NCBI GenBank assembly: GCA_003697045.1
Contig: RFGK01000276.1
Span: 1-52,393, forward strand
Direction of reading: 5' to 3'
Length of the DNA: 52,393 nucleotides
Source of the DNA: Planctomycetota bacterium
GTDB taxonomy: Bacteria > Planctomycetota > Phycisphaerae > Phycisphaerales > UBA1924
Under the pieces are notes generated by a model. The model was not told the origin of the DNA, made no database searches, and saw nothing but the letters and a program-made list of their open reading frames with translations. Below are positions 37,757 through 48,172 of this stretch, one piece after another. The stretch's first letter is position 1. The number at the start of each line of letters is the position of its first letter. Made by a program: the position numbers and the translations under genes.

Positions 37757-39190
37757 ATGAGCAGAATGTCGCTGGTGTTTTTGCTTGCTGTGACCACGCT
37801 CGTGCATGGAGTGATCGGTTCGTGTGCCGAGGCGCAAAACACGCTGGGCAGCGATCCGCCGGAGCGCGTCAGCGAGGATCTGCGTTATGCGCGTTCACTG
37901 TCCAAGGCTTTTCAGTGGGCTGCCGAGCACGTCGAGCCGAGCGTCGTCCACATTACCAGCCAGGCGCGTGTGGCGAGTATTCGCCGCGACATCTTCGGAC
38001 GGCGTCTGATCGGGCCTGAGACGCTTCGCCCCACGGGGCTGGGCTCCGGCGTCGTGGTTTCCGAAGACGGGCTGATCATCACCAACAACCACGTCGTGGA
38101 GGATGCCGATCGGCTTCTCGTCCGCCTCAGCGACGGCCGGGAGTTTGAGGTCACCCACATCGAGGGGACCGACCCGCAGCGCGACATCGCCGTGCTGAAA
38201 ATCGACGCAACAGGGCTCCAGCCGATCGAGTTTGCCGACAGCGAGAATCTGGAGGTCGGCGAGTGGGTGCTGGCGATCGGAAGCCCGTTCGGATTTGAGA
38301 ACACGGTCACCGCGGGCATCGTCAGCGCCACCGGCCGACGCGGCATCGGACTCGTCAGCGAGCGATACAAGGACTACGAGGATTTCATCCAGACCGACGC
38401 AGCGATCAATCCCGGCAACTCGGGCGGCCCCTTGATCAATCTGGAAGGAAAGCTCGTCGGGATCAACACCGCCATCGCCTCGCGCTCGGGAGGATCGGTG
38501 GGAATCGGTTTTGCCATTCCATCCCAACTCGTGCGCTCGGTGATGAACAACCTGGTTGAGCAGGGACGCGTCGGACGCGGGTGGCTCGGCGTCACCATGC
38601 AGGAGCTCACGCCCGAGCTGGCGCGCAGTTTCAACCTGGACGAAAATCAGCAGGGTGTCGTCGTCGCAAGCGTCGTTGAAGACAGCCCCGCCGAGCAGGC
38701 GGGCATCCGCGACGGCGATGTCATCGTCATGATCGGCGATCGCCGAATTGACAGCGCACGTTCGTTGATCACCGCCGTTGAGACCATCCCCCCCAGGACT
38801 CCAACAAAAATCCGCCTCTTCCGCAATGGCGAACCGCACGAACTGACCGCCATCATCGGCGACCGCAACGAACGCAACACCCGGCTGTTTGGAGGACAGG
38901 AGATCGACTGGCTCGGAGTGACGGTCGCCACGCTCGACGAACGGGCCGCTCGCGAGCTTGGCTATCGAGACGTCGATGTCACCGGCGTGCTCATCACGGA
39001 TATCCAGGCCCGAAGCCCGCTCGCCCGCGCAGGACTCGAACCCGAGGACATCATCTACGGCGTCGCGGACTATCGTGTCACCGATGTCGATTCGTTCGTC
39101 GAACTGATGTCACGAGCCGACCTCCGGCGCGGCGTGCGGCTGCAGGTCATCCGCGGCCTGCGCAAGGGATACGTCATCGTTCGAGAATAA
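37757..39190 (+). CDS. HtrA/DegP-family periplasmic serine protease (two PDZ domains)
   Basis: Signal peptide and the triad context (TNNHVV; DIAVLKI; GNSGGPL), with a length that fits two PDZ domains. GAGGAG lies upstream of the ATG at 37757. Confidence 0.9.
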   Translation: MSRMSLVFLLAVTTLVHGVIGSCAEAQNTLGSDPPERVSEDLRYARSLSKAFQWAAEHVEPSVVHITSQARVASIRRDIFGRRLIGPETLRPTGLGSGVVVSEDGLIITNNHVVEDADRLLVRLSDGREFEVTHIEGTDPQRDIAVLKIDATGLQPIEFADSENLEVGEWVLAIGSPFGFENTVTAGIVSATGRRGIGLVSERYKDYEDFIQTDAAINPGNSGGPLINLEGKLVGINTAIASRSGGSVGIGFAIPSQLVRSVMNNLVEQGRVGRGWLGVTMQELTPELARSFNLDENQQGVVVASVVEDSPAEQAGIRDGDVIVMIGDRRIDSARSLITAVETIPPRTPTKIRLFRNGEPHELTAIIGDRNERNTRLFGGQEIDWLGVTVATLDERAARELGYRDVDVTGVLITDIQARSPLARAGLEPEDIIYGVADYRVTDVDSFVELMSRADLRRGVRLQVIRGLRKGYVIVRE

Positions 39191-39273
39191 ACCAACCAAG
39201 CCGCCCGACACCGAATCCGCAAACCTCCCAACGATCAAACCAACCCGGATGCCCCCGGAATCTCGCAGGCCGA

Positions 39274-42200
39274 TCAGGTTTGAGCTGGTTCGGTCGTGCG
39301 CTTGCCGGCTGCGTCACGGTTGATCCCATCGGCTGTTGAGGCACTTTGGATCAACTCGGCTTCGGGGATCAGTCGCACGCTGCCCGGATCAGGCGCACTG
39401 CTCCAACGCCCGGTCCAAAGGGCACGCAACACCCGCTTGAAATCATCGATGATCAGCAGCATGCCCGGAAGGACGAGCAGGACCACTGTGGTCGCCGAGA
39501 TCAAACCGGCGGCAATCGTAATCGCCATGGGAATGAGGAACCGCGCCTGAAGACTCTGTTCGAGCATGAGCGGGAGCAGCCCGAAGACGGTCGTAATCGT
39601 GGTGAGCAGAATGGCCCGCACACGTGCCCGACCGGCCGAGATGGCTGCTGCCGGCACGGACAAGCCCCGTCGCCGCTCACCGTTGTAGAACTCCATGTAG
39701 ATCAGCGAGTCGTTGACAACCACACCCGCCAGCGCGACGAATCCGATCAACGAAAGGAACGTCAGCGAGTAGCCCAGGATGAAGTGTCCCCACACAACGC
39801 CGATGATCGAGAAGGGAATCGCCATCATGACGATCAACGGCTGGACGTACGAGCGGAACAGCCACGCGAGAACCACGTAGATGAGCCCAAGGGCAACGAC
39901 CATGCCGATGGGCAAGGTGGCCATCGATTCGGCGACCTCCTTCTGACGCCCGCGTTCGAGCACCTTGAGCCCGGGATACTCGCGCTCGAGCAATCGCAGG
40001 AACGGCTGAATCGACGCGGTGATCGCCTCGGGGTTGGCCCCCGTGCTGCGGTCGACTTCGCCGCTGACCGTGACGGCCCGGTTGCGATTGAGCCGATTGA
40101 TCGTCACATACGACTCGCCGGTTTCAATGCGCGCCACTTCTCCAATCTGAACCGGCTGCCCATCAGGCGTAAAGACATACATGCTCTCGATGGCATCCAG
40201 GCTGCGACGGATGCGGCGCGGCATGGTGACGCGCACATCCACATCTTCGCGCACGCCGGCGAACGTAAACGCCTCGATGCCGAACACCGCTGCCTGGATC
40301 TGACGACCCAGACTCGCCCGCGTGAACCCGAGTTCGCGCGCACTTTCTCGCAACGTAAAACGCAGCTCACGCTGGCCCGCGTCTACATCGGTCGTCAAAT
40401 CGTACACGCCGACAAACTCGCCAAGGCGGCGCATGAGTCGATCGACGGCTTCGGTGATGTGCTCGTTGTTCGGACTGGTCACAGTAAAGGAAAGCGATGC
40501 GCCGCCCGGCCCACCCGAGACTCCTTCCATGCGCAGGCTCTTGATGCCCGGCAGCGGGCCGAGGCGTTCGCGGATTGCCTGAGTCACCTCGTCGCTGGAG
40601 CGCATCTTGAGCCGCGTGCGTTCTTCAACGGCAAGCAGTTCGAGAACGATCTGCCCGACGTTTCCAGCCGATGCCCCTCCGCCGCTGCCCGACAGATCGC
40701 CGATCTGCCCCGTCTGGGCAAAGACCGTCCTGACCTCCGGCTGTTCGGCACATGCCTGCTCGATGAGACGGACGTAACGGTCCGTCTCTTCGACCGGCGT
40801 GCCCACGGGCATGCGGAGCTGGATATCGACGGTTTCAGAGTCGTCGGTTTCGAAAAAGATGAACTCGAGCCGACCACCCGCGACCATCGACGCCGACACA
40901 ATGACAATGGATACGGCAATAGTCAGACTCAGGTATCGATATCGCAAGACCCAGCGAAGCGTCATCGCGTAAAAGGGAATGATCGCGCGGGTGAAGAGCA
41001 GATCGCGGGCCCGGTCGTAACGCCGCTCGATGCGCCCGAGAAAGTTGAACGCACTGCCGCGACTGCGCGCATCGTTGGCCTTGAGGCTGTGCGCCATATG
41101 GCTCGGCAGGATGAACAGGCTCTCGATCAGCGAGACAAACAGCGCACACGATACGACGATCGGAAGCGCCTCCATGAAATCGCCGATCTGCCCCTGGATC
41201 AATGCCAGCGGCAGAAATGCAAAGACCGTGGTGAGCACCGTCGCCACAACCGGCCAGCCGACCTGACCCGTGCCTTCAATCGCCGCCTCGCGCGCAGGCA
41301 TGCCCTGTTCATGTTTCGAAGTGATGTTCTCCGCTACGACGATTGCATCGTCCACGAGAATGCCCACCACGACGATCAGCCCGAACATGGTCAGCAGATT
41401 GAGCGTGATGTCGGCAGCACGCATCACAACAAGCGTCCCGAACATGGACACGATCAGCCCCACCGCCACCCAGAACGACACACGCCAGTTGAGCAAAAGC
41501 ACAAGCGTGAGAAAAACGAGAATGCCGCCCCAGAGTGCGTTGCGAGTCAGAAGATCCAGACGCCCGACTACGAAACGGGCAAGATCTGTCGTCGTTGCGA
41601 TCTCACCCGCGCAGGGCCCGCGGGCCACACCCAGCTCATAGGCCCGCACCCGGTCCGAAGGAGGCCGGTCCACGTTCGGAGGCGTCATCGCCTTGGTGAT
41701 GCGCTCCTGCAGCGTCAGCTCGAGCGGCTTTCCCTGTCGACCTGCCACATATGCCTTGACGATCTCGGACATGCGCACGATGTCCTGAGCGCCCTTCTTG
41801 AACACGGTCACCGAGGCCGTGGGCTTGCCATTGAATCGAAACCGCTGATCGACATCGACAAAGGACGCACGCACATCGGCAAGGTCTTCAAGACGAATCA
41901 CGCGTCCGTCACCCCCCGCCTTGATCACGATATTGCGCACCGTGTCGGCCCGTTCCTCGACACCCACCGCGCGCACGCCGACCGTCTGTGTCGACGACCG
42001 GACCGAACCGGCGGGCAGCTCCACCATGGCTGCGCGGATGCGATCGGCAATCTCCGGCATGGAAATGCCGTGCTCGATCAGCGCCTCCGGGCGTACTTCA
42101 ACGGTAATTTCGTCCGGGCGAATGCCTCCAACCACCGTGTCGCCGATGCCCGGAAGCGATCGAAGGTCGTCATCAACCTGACGGATCGACTCCTTGAGCG

Positions 42201-42645
42201 TCCGCTCGTCGATATCGCCGAACACCGTGACGATGATGACTGGAAGCCGAGGCTCAAGATCCGTGACCAGAATCCGGTCGGCCTGCTCGGGGAGATCTTG
42301 CAGCGCGTCGACCTCACGCTTGACGTCCGCAACGGCGGCATCAATGTCGGTGCCCTCATACAGAGTCAGCAGTACGGTCACGCCCCCCTCGCGGACCGAC
42401 GAGGAGATTTCTTCCACCCCATCGATGTTGATGAGTCGATCCTCGATCTTGACCGCCAACGCCTGTTCGACCTCGTCGGGAGCAGCTCCGGGATAAGGTG
42501 CCGTCACCGCAATCCACAACGGATCGACCGGAGGAAAGAGCTCACGCCGCAGCGTCACTCCAAAGATAATCCCGGCCACGATCAACGTGAACATCACCAG
42601 GTTGGCGACCACCGGGTTGTTGACGCCAAAGCGCGCGAGACTCAC
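39274..42645 (-). CDS. RND-family efflux transporter, inner-membrane pump
   Basis: 1123 aa with a 12-TM AcrB-like layout (N-terminal FGVNNPVVANLVMF..., two large periplasmic loops). GTG start overlapping the adaptor stop (GTGA). Confidence 0.88.
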   Translation of the reverse strand: MSLARFGVNNPVVANLVMFTLIVAGIIFGVTLRRELFPPVDPLWIAVTAPYPGAAPDEVEQALAVKIEDRLINIDGVEEISSSVREGGVTVLLTLYEGTDIDAAVADVKREVDALQDLPEQADRILVTDLEPRLPVIIVTVFGDIDERTLKESIRQVDDDLRSLPGIGDTVVGGIRPDEITVEVRPEALIEHGISMPEIADRIRAAMVELPAGSVRSSTQTVGVRAVGVEERADTVRNIVIKAGGDGRVIRLEDLADVRASFVDVDQRFRFNGKPTASVTVFKKGAQDIVRMSEIVKAYVAGRQGKPLELTLQERITKAMTPPNVDRPPSDRVRAYELGVARGPCAGEIATTTDLARFVVGRLDLLTRNALWGGILVFLTLVLLLNWRVSFWVAVGLIVSMFGTLVVMRAADITLNLLTMFGLIVVVGILVDDAIVVAENITSKHEQGMPAREAAIEGTGQVGWPVVATVLTTVFAFLPLALIQGQIGDFMEALPIVVSCALFVSLIESLFILPSHMAHSLKANDARSRGSAFNFLGRIERRYDRARDLLFTRAIIPFYAMTLRWVLRYRYLSLTIAVSIVIVSASMVAGGRLEFIFFETDDSETVDIQLRMPVGTPVEETDRYVRLIEQACAEQPEVRTVFAQTGQIGDLSGSGGGASAGNVGQIVLELLAVEERTRLKMRSSDEVTQAIRERLGPLPGIKSLRMEGVSGGPGGASLSFTVTSPNNEHITEAVDRLMRRLGEFVGVYDLTTDVDAGQRELRFTLRESARELGFTRASLGRQIQAAVFGIEAFTFAGVREDVDVRVTMPRRIRRSLDAIESMYVFTPDGQPVQIGEVARIETGESYVTINRLNRNRAVTVSGEVDRSTGANPEAITASIQPFLRLLEREYPGLKVLERGRQKEVAESMATLPIGMVVALGLIYVVLAWLFRSYVQPLIVMMAIPFSIIGVVWGHFILGYSLTFLSLIGFVALAGVVVNDSLIYMEFYNGERRRGLSVPAAAISAGRARVRAILLTTITTVFGLLPLMLEQSLQARFLIPMAITIAAGLISATTVVLLVLPGMLLIIDDFKRVLRALWTGRWSSAPDPGSVRLIPEAELIQSASTADGINRDAAGKRTTEPAQT

Positions 42646-44309
42646 GGCTCATCTCCTCGCGCCTGAAGCGTCACATCAATGAGCATCCCCTCGATGAGCT
42701 GGTCAAGATTGCTGGTCAAAAGAACCGCTCCGGCAAGCTCGCGCCCATCGACTGCCCGCACCACCACCCACTGGCGTTCGACCGGGTCAAGCTCGGGAAA
42801 CTCCCCCTCAATCGTAAAGAGTGACTCGACTGAAACAGCCCGCACGACTGACAGCCTCTCCACGCGCTCCAGCTCGGCACGCAGCGACTCGGGAAGTTGC
42901 GCAAGATCGGCATCGATCAGCCACGTGGCAACCTCGGGCGCGAGGTGGTCGGTCAGCACACGCACGAACTGATCTTCGACAAGCTCAACTCCGACCGTTC
43001 CCATCCATCGACCGGTCGGTTCGGCAACAACCTCGGCCAGCGATGTCGCCGATGGGCCCACTTCAACCTTGGCCGCTTCTGAAAGCGATGAGACAAGCCT
43101 GGACGCAATGTCCGGGCCGGCAAGCGACCCATGTGCGCTCCGTGCAGCCCCGCGCGCCAGCGACTCGGCAATCCGTCTGGCAACCGGCCACGCCGCCGCC
43201 TCAGGGTTGTCCGTCTCGGCCGCAATCATGATCCGGTCATTTCTCACGCAGCGTCGAGGCACCACAATCTGCCGGCTCGGCGAAGAACTCCGTACCGTCC
43301 CCGCAACAAACTGACCCGGGCGAAGCACACCGGTCCCCGCCGGATCCTGCTCCACTTCAACGAACACGGTCAGCGACCGCGTTTGCGCATCGGCCTCGGG
43401 TGCGATCCGCGACACGCGCCCAGGCACGCTGTACTCGTCTTCCGCTCGAAAACGAATCTCCACCGAGTCACCCACCGCCACATCGCGGGCGGCGCCGAGG
43501 GGAATCCGCAGCGGCACCTCCACCCGCGCCAGGCTCACGATGCGGGCGACCACACGCCCCGCTTGCGCCCACTCCCCTTCTTCCAACTCCACGCTCTGCA
43601 CAACGCCTGCGATCGGCGACCTGATCGTGGCACGGCGCACGGCATCCTCGGCCTGGCGAAGGGTCGCCCGCTGTGCCTCGATGCGAGCACGCAAATCCGA
43701 ACGACGCGTCGGGATCAAATCCAACTGCTGACGCAACGCCGAAGCGCTCCGCTCGGCGCGGCGCACCGCAGCCAGACGCGCGTCAAGCTCGGCCTCGTTG
43801 CCCGCACCGCGGCTGATCGTGTCGCGTGCACGCTCATAGTCACGTCGTGCGATCGCAGCCTCTTCCTCGGCCAGCTCCAACTGGCGGGCAAGACGCTCCT
43901 CCTCAATATCAAGCCCGCTCAGCTGTGCTTCCAGCGAGGCGATGTTCTCGCGGGCGCTTCGTGCCGCCTCCTCGAAATCAACCTTGTTGAGTTCGAACAG
44001 CACGTCGCCCGCTTCGACGCTCGCCCCCACTTCAAGATGATCCGGACGATACACCACGCGAGCCGAGACCTCCGCCGCCACGTCGCTCTTGTCCATCGCC
44101 CGCACGGTGCCATAGCCGAACCACGTGCGATAGACCGTCTGCGGGGTCAACACCATGCCGCGCACCAGCAGCGGGTGAAACACCTCGGGCTTGATCTCGG
44201 GCGCTTCGCGCGTCGCCTTCATCAACCCAAACACGCCGATCGCGCCACCCAGGATTGCCAACCCGAGGATGAAGCGAAAAAGAACCGAAGCCGTTTTCAG
44301 CACGTGCAT
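42642..44309 (-). CDS. RND efflux periplasmic adaptor (MFP/HlyD family) with a large C-terminal-half insertion
   Basis: TM anchor, lipoyl/alpha-hairpin/beta-barrel pattern (coiled-coil ~EAQLSGLDIEE...RRDYERA; IRSPIAGVV). The start is ambiguous: ATG at 44309, or GTG at 44303 with better spacing to GGGAGG; the track start at 44375 is GTG. Confidence 0.8.
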   Translation of the reverse strand: MHVLKTASVLFRFILGLAILGGAIGVFGLMKATREAPEIKPEVFHPLLVRGMVLTPQTVYRTWFGYGTVRAMDKSDVAAEVSARVVYRPDHLEVGASVEAGDVLFELNKVDFEEAARSARENIASLEAQLSGLDIEEERLARQLELAEEEAAIARRDYERARDTISRGAGNEAELDARLAAVRRAERSASALRQQLDLIPTRRSDLRARIEAQRATLRQAEDAVRRATIRSPIAGVVQSVELEEGEWAQAGRVVARIVSLARVEVPLRIPLGAARDVAVGDSVEIRFRAEDEYSVPGRVSRIAPEADAQTRSLTVFVEVEQDPAGTGVLRPGQFVAGTVRSSSPSRQIVVPRRCVRNDRIMIAAETDNPEAAAWPVARRIAESLARGAARSAHGSLAGPDIASRLVSSLSEAAKVEVGPSATSLAEVVAEPTGRWMGTVGVELVEDQFVRVLTDHLAPEVATWLIDADLAQLPESLRAELERVERLSVVRAVSVESLFTIEGEFPELDPVERQWVVVRAVDGRELAGAVLLTSNLDQLIEGMLIDVTLQARGDEP

Positions 44310-44759
44310 CCTCCCGCAGAGATACCCCGCCCGGTACCCGGCCAACTGTAGCGCAATGTTCGCCTCGATTTGCACTTGACGCGCAAGGGCTCGGCTCTCC
44401 CGCGATCAGTCCGGGCCCAAAGCCGACCGATCCCCTCCCGTTTCCGTTGCGGCTGCTTTCCACCGCGTCGTCTTCACCGATTTGAGCGTGCCAAGACGGG
44501 ACCAGACATATCCCCGGGCGGGGATGCCCAACCGCCCCGCCGGGTGTCGCCGCACATCCGATCACGTCCGATGCCACCGCAAACGTGCACCTCTTTCCGC
44601 TGGACAGAGCCGAAGCCGTCTCCCACGGATTGGATACCCACGACCAACGTCACCTGGGCGCTCATTGCCGGCGGCGCGATCGGCCGTCCCGACAAGCAGA
44701 CTGAGCTGCGCGACCAGGGTCTCGAACACGACGACCAGCTCAATCCGATCGACGATGGA

Positions 44760-45008
44760 TTAGTGAATCGCAGCTGCTCCCAGCAGCCGCCCCTGCCTTG
44801 CGTATTTTCTGTTGCAACGGGCTGCCATCGACGGGATGAGCACCAGGTCAATCAACTGCCCGATGCCGAGCAACCCGAGCGTGCACAGCCAGAGCAATCC
44901 GGTGAGCCACTTGCCCATGTAGAAGCGGTGAATGCCACAGAATCCGATCAAGCAGAACAGCCACAGCAGATACCCGATCGCAGGCTCGCGCGGCGTGTGC
45001 ATCATCAT
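44760..45008 (-). CDS. TM2-domain small membrane protein
   Basis: GYLLWLFCLIGFCGIHRFYMGK...GLLWL.TLGLLGIGQLIDL is a typical TM2 motif. Confidence 0.8.
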   Translation of the reverse strand: MMMHTPREPAIGYLLWLFCLIGFCGIHRFYMGKWLTGLLWLCTLGLLGIGQLIDLVLIPSMAARCNRKYARQGRLLGAAAIH

Positions 45009-45140
45009 CTCCCTTCAGGCCTACCCAAAAGCTTCAACAACTTGTTCGGACGCAGGCTCGCTCACTTTCAACGCGCCGAACCAGGATGCTCCATCAGAGT
45101 AGCGACCAAAGACCCACTCTGTGCTTCCGCGCCGGCGGAT

Positions 45141-46334
45141 TCAGCTCCCAAGCACAAATGCCCGCTCGTGCCACAGCTTTTCAACCCGCTGGCGGAACGG
45201 AGGACGATCCGGCAGACTCTGTCCGCATCCCACGAGCAGATCGATCATGCCGAAGTAATCGGACAGGGCGATGTATTCGCGCCCGACGCGTGCCGGCGTG
45301 CTGTTGATTTGCGCCTGCACCGCATCGAGGTCGGCCATGTTGTGATAGTTACCCAACGGCAAACACACACACGTCGACTGATAGCCGAACGAACAGAACA
45401 CGCTCGCCTCGCATGCGCCGCCTGCCATCAACTTGCGCTGCCATCGCCACGCGGGCGCGCTTGCTTGTTTCTGACTGGCCGTTGGAATCGCCGGCCCTCC
45501 GGCAATGTCCTCGGCAACCTTGGCGACAGCGCCCGTCAGCTCCGGCGTAAACACGCTGACACGATCACCCACACGTACAATCGGCCCGCCTCCAATCGGC
45601 GAATCGGCAAAACTCCGGCTGTTTTCGAGCGCAATCACCCGTGCGCCCTCGGGAATGGTCCCGTCGCGGCACGCACCGATCGCACCAAGAAACCCGACCT
45701 CCTCCGCCCGCGTAAAGAGCAGGCGGACATCCAGCGCAGGCACATTGCCCTCGTGCGCAAGCCTGAGTTCTTCCATCGCTGCAAGCGCCGCCGCCACGGC
45801 TGCGAGATCGTCGCACGCATTTGTATACAGCACGCCGTCCACGATCTCCTGCTCGGGGAGCTCCCACGTACCGATATCTCCGACGCGCATGCCTTCGAGC
45901 GGCTCATCAAGCTCACACAACCAGCACTTGAAAGGCTCATCCGGCCCCTCGGCCCTGCCCCGGATCGTCCCCCCGACCATGCGCTCATTGCCGCGATAGA
46001 GATTGACGCGCGCCTCGGCAAAGTAGTCATCCATCACGCCGCCGCGAAAGCTCAGCTCGGCCTGCGCCCGGTCGATGATCTTCTCCACCACAAACGCAGG
46101 ATGATCCAGGTGAGCCGTGATCAACACCGGCGGCTCGCCGCTGCCCCACCGCTTCGTCGCCTGCACCACAAGATTGCCATGCACATCGCGCTCAAGCGCA
46201 AGATCCGGCCGCTGATCAACCCAGCGCTCGATCCACTCGATCACACGCTCCTCATGCCCGGCCGCGGTCGGCAGACGCGTGAGCTCGCACAACCAGCGCT
46301 GATAGAGCGCACGACGATCATCTGGAATGGGCAT
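45141..46334 (-). CDS. M42/M28-like metallopeptidase-family hydrolase
   Basis: Metal-ligand-like blocks AHLDHP, ACDDLAAV, RAEEVGFLGA and NYHN. ATG at 46334 chosen to avoid overlap with sucD. Confidence 0.6.
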   Translation of the reverse strand: MPIPDDRRALYQRWLCELTRLPTAAGHEERVIEWIERWVDQRPDLALERDVHGNLVVQATKRWGSGEPPVLITAHLDHPAFVVEKIIDRAQAELSFRGGVMDDYFAEARVNLYRGNERMVGGTIRGRAEGPDEPFKCWLCELDEPLEGMRVGDIGTWELPEQEIVDGVLYTNACDDLAAVAAALAAMEELRLAHEGNVPALDVRLLFTRAEEVGFLGAIGACRDGTIPEGARVIALENSRSFADSPIGGGPIVRVGDRVSVFTPELTGAVAKVAEDIAGGPAIPTASQKQASAPAWRWQRKLMAGGACEASVFCSFGYQSTCVCLPLGNYHNMADLDAVQAQINSTPARVGREYIALSDYFGMIDLLVGCGQSLPDRPPFRQRVEKLWHERAFVLGS

Positions 46335-46389
46335 GGGCGATGGTAGTCTCAAACCGACTCGGCTTTGCCCTCGACCGTTCATGCAATCT

Positions 46390-47358
46390 TCAGATTCCAA
46401 GCGCGGTCGCCATGGCCTGACCCATGTCGGCAGGAACCTCGGCCACCTGCACGCCCGCTTCGCGCAAAGCCTTGATCTTGCTCTCGGCCGTCCCTTCGCC
46501 GCCTGAGATGATCGCCCCGGCGTGGCCCATGCGCTTGCCCGGAGGCGCCGTTTGACCGGCGATAAACGCAGCCACGGGCTTGGTCACGTGCTGCTTGATG
46601 TACGAAGCCGCCGCCTCCTCATCCGTCCCGCCGATCTCCCCGATCATCAGAATCCCCGCCGTGTCCGGGTCTTGCTCAAAAAGCTTGATCGACTCAATGT
46701 GATCCAGCCCGCGCACCGGATCACCCCCAATGCCGATGCACGTCGTCTGCCCGATGCCAAGCTGCGAACACTGCCAGACGGCCTCATACGTCAGCGTGCC
46801 CGAACGCGAGACGATGCCCACCGCCTTTCCAGTCTTCGCCTCGGAGATGTGCATGTGGATGTACCCCGGCATGATGCCGATCTTGCACCCCGCATTCGTG
46901 TACGGAGAATCGGCCGACTCGCCGCTGCCCGTCTTCGGACCCGGCGTGATAATGCCCGGACAGTTCGGCCCGATCAGCGTGATCCTCTCGCCCGCCTCGC
47001 GACGGCTGTTCATCTCGTCCAGCACGGCCCGCGTCCGGATCATGTCCTGCACCGGAACGCCCTCGGTGATCGCACAGATCAACTTGATGCCCGCGTCGGC
47101 CGCTTCCAGAATCGCGTCCATCGTGAATGCCGCCGGCACAAAGATCATCGTGGCATCCGCACCGGTCGCATCAACTGCCTCGGCCACTGTGTTGAAAATC
47201 GGAATCCCGTTGCCATCCTTGAGACCGCCCTTGCCCGGCGTGACTCCGCCCACCATCTTCGTCCCGTACAGGTGACACCCACGCGTGTGAATGGCCCCGA
47301 ACGAACCGGTGATCCCCTGACAAAGAACTCGTGTTTCCGCGTTGATCAATACCGACAT
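46390..47358 (-). CDS. sucD: Succinyl-CoA ligase alpha subunit
   Basis: Near-colinear with E. coli SucD: [60 protein letters not shown] at 47358. Confidence 0.92.
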   Translation of the reverse strand: MSVLINAETRVLCQGITGSFGAIHTRGCHLYGTKMVGGVTPGKGGLKDGNGIPIFNTVAEAVDATGADATMIFVPAAFTMDAILEAADAGIKLICAITEGVPVQDMIRTRAVLDEMNSRREAGERITLIGPNCPGIITPGPKTGSGESADSPYTNAGCKIGIMPGYIHMHISEAKTGKAVGIVSRSGTLTYEAVWQCSQLGIGQTTCIGIGGDPVRGLDHIESIKLFEQDPDTAGILMIGEIGGTDEEAAASYIKQHVTKPVAAFIAGQTAPPGKRMGHAGAIISGGEGTAESKIKALREAGVQVAEVPADMGQAMATALGI

Positions 47359-47491
47359 CCTGCGACCTTTCAGATAGGGCGTTGAGCGGGCTAGAAGCCT
47401 AGCACTTTCGCCGATTCGTTTCCGAATGTGATCTTCTCTCCAATCCGGGTGGTGCCCCGGACATGTTCGTGTCATAGTCAACGTACAGGAG

Positions 47492-48172
47492 GTGTTGACC
47501 GTGCGCATTGCGAACATGACCGCAATCATCTCGTTGAGCCTGGCTGTCTGCCCCGTTGACGCTGGCATCACCATCCTCGAAGATCTCCGCCGAACAACCT
47601 CATGGGCGGAAAGCTGGTCGGGAGGCAATCGAAGCTACGATGCGCCCGATACGGCCACACACCCCGAGTTCGGAGGCTCCGGCCTGATCATCACCGGCGG
47701 ATTCGCCTCGTGGGACGGCGCCATCGCCAGCGGGCAATCGTGGGAACGCTCGCTCATCGGCCTGGGCGGACGCATCGAATCACGCGGCCGTTCCATCGGG
47801 CACACCATCACCAACAACGATCCCGTCGATCAACAGTCCGCCACGATCTTCTCCGAAGTGCACTACGAGTTGACCTTCCGCATCAACCAGAGTGCCCTGG
47901 CAACCTATGACGCCTGGGTTGAAGCAGACGCCACCGTCGCGCTGTACGACGCCCTCGGAGCCGTCGTTTTCTCCGGCCAGGGGATGTTCGAACAGACGCT
48001 CCAGGCTGGGGAATACCGCCTGCTCGCAAAGGCACCCCTGTTCATCGAATCGGTGCAGTACGACGGAGCCATCTACGACGGGTCCGACTACTTTTTCTCC
48101 CTGCACGTGCCCGCACCCACGCCCACCGTGCTCGCAGCCATCGCGCTGACGATCACACGCCGTCGATCATGA
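47492..48172 (+). CDS. Secreted protein with PEP-CTERM-like C-terminal sorting tail
   Basis: Signal peptide ([13 protein letters not shown]). The C-terminus [21 protein letters not shown] follows the motif-TM-basic pattern. The track start is GTG at 47492; GTG at 47501 has better spacing to AGGAGG. Confidence 0.65.
   Translation: MLTVRIANMTAIISLSLAVCPVDAGITILEDLRRTTSWAESWSGGNRSYDAPDTATHPEFGGSGLIITGGFASWDGAIASGQSWERSLIGLGGRIESRGRSIGHTITNNDPVDQQSATIFSEVHYELTFRINQSALATYDAWVEADATVALYDALGAVVFSGQGMFEQTLQAGEYRLLAKAPLFIESVQYDGAIYDGSDYFFSLHVPAPTPTVLAAIALTITRRRS

Noticed and set aside
39346-42666. Very long antisense ORFs: 1106 aa opposite the RND pump, 658 aa at 44370-46346, 498 aa at 17131-18627, 463 aa at 19552-20943 and 377 aa at 22582-23715.
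   Set aside because: They lie opposite genes with unmistakable homology. Their translations are Arg/His/Pro/Gly-rich low-complexity strings with no motifs. This is the expected stop-codon-poor antisense frame of a high-GC genome.
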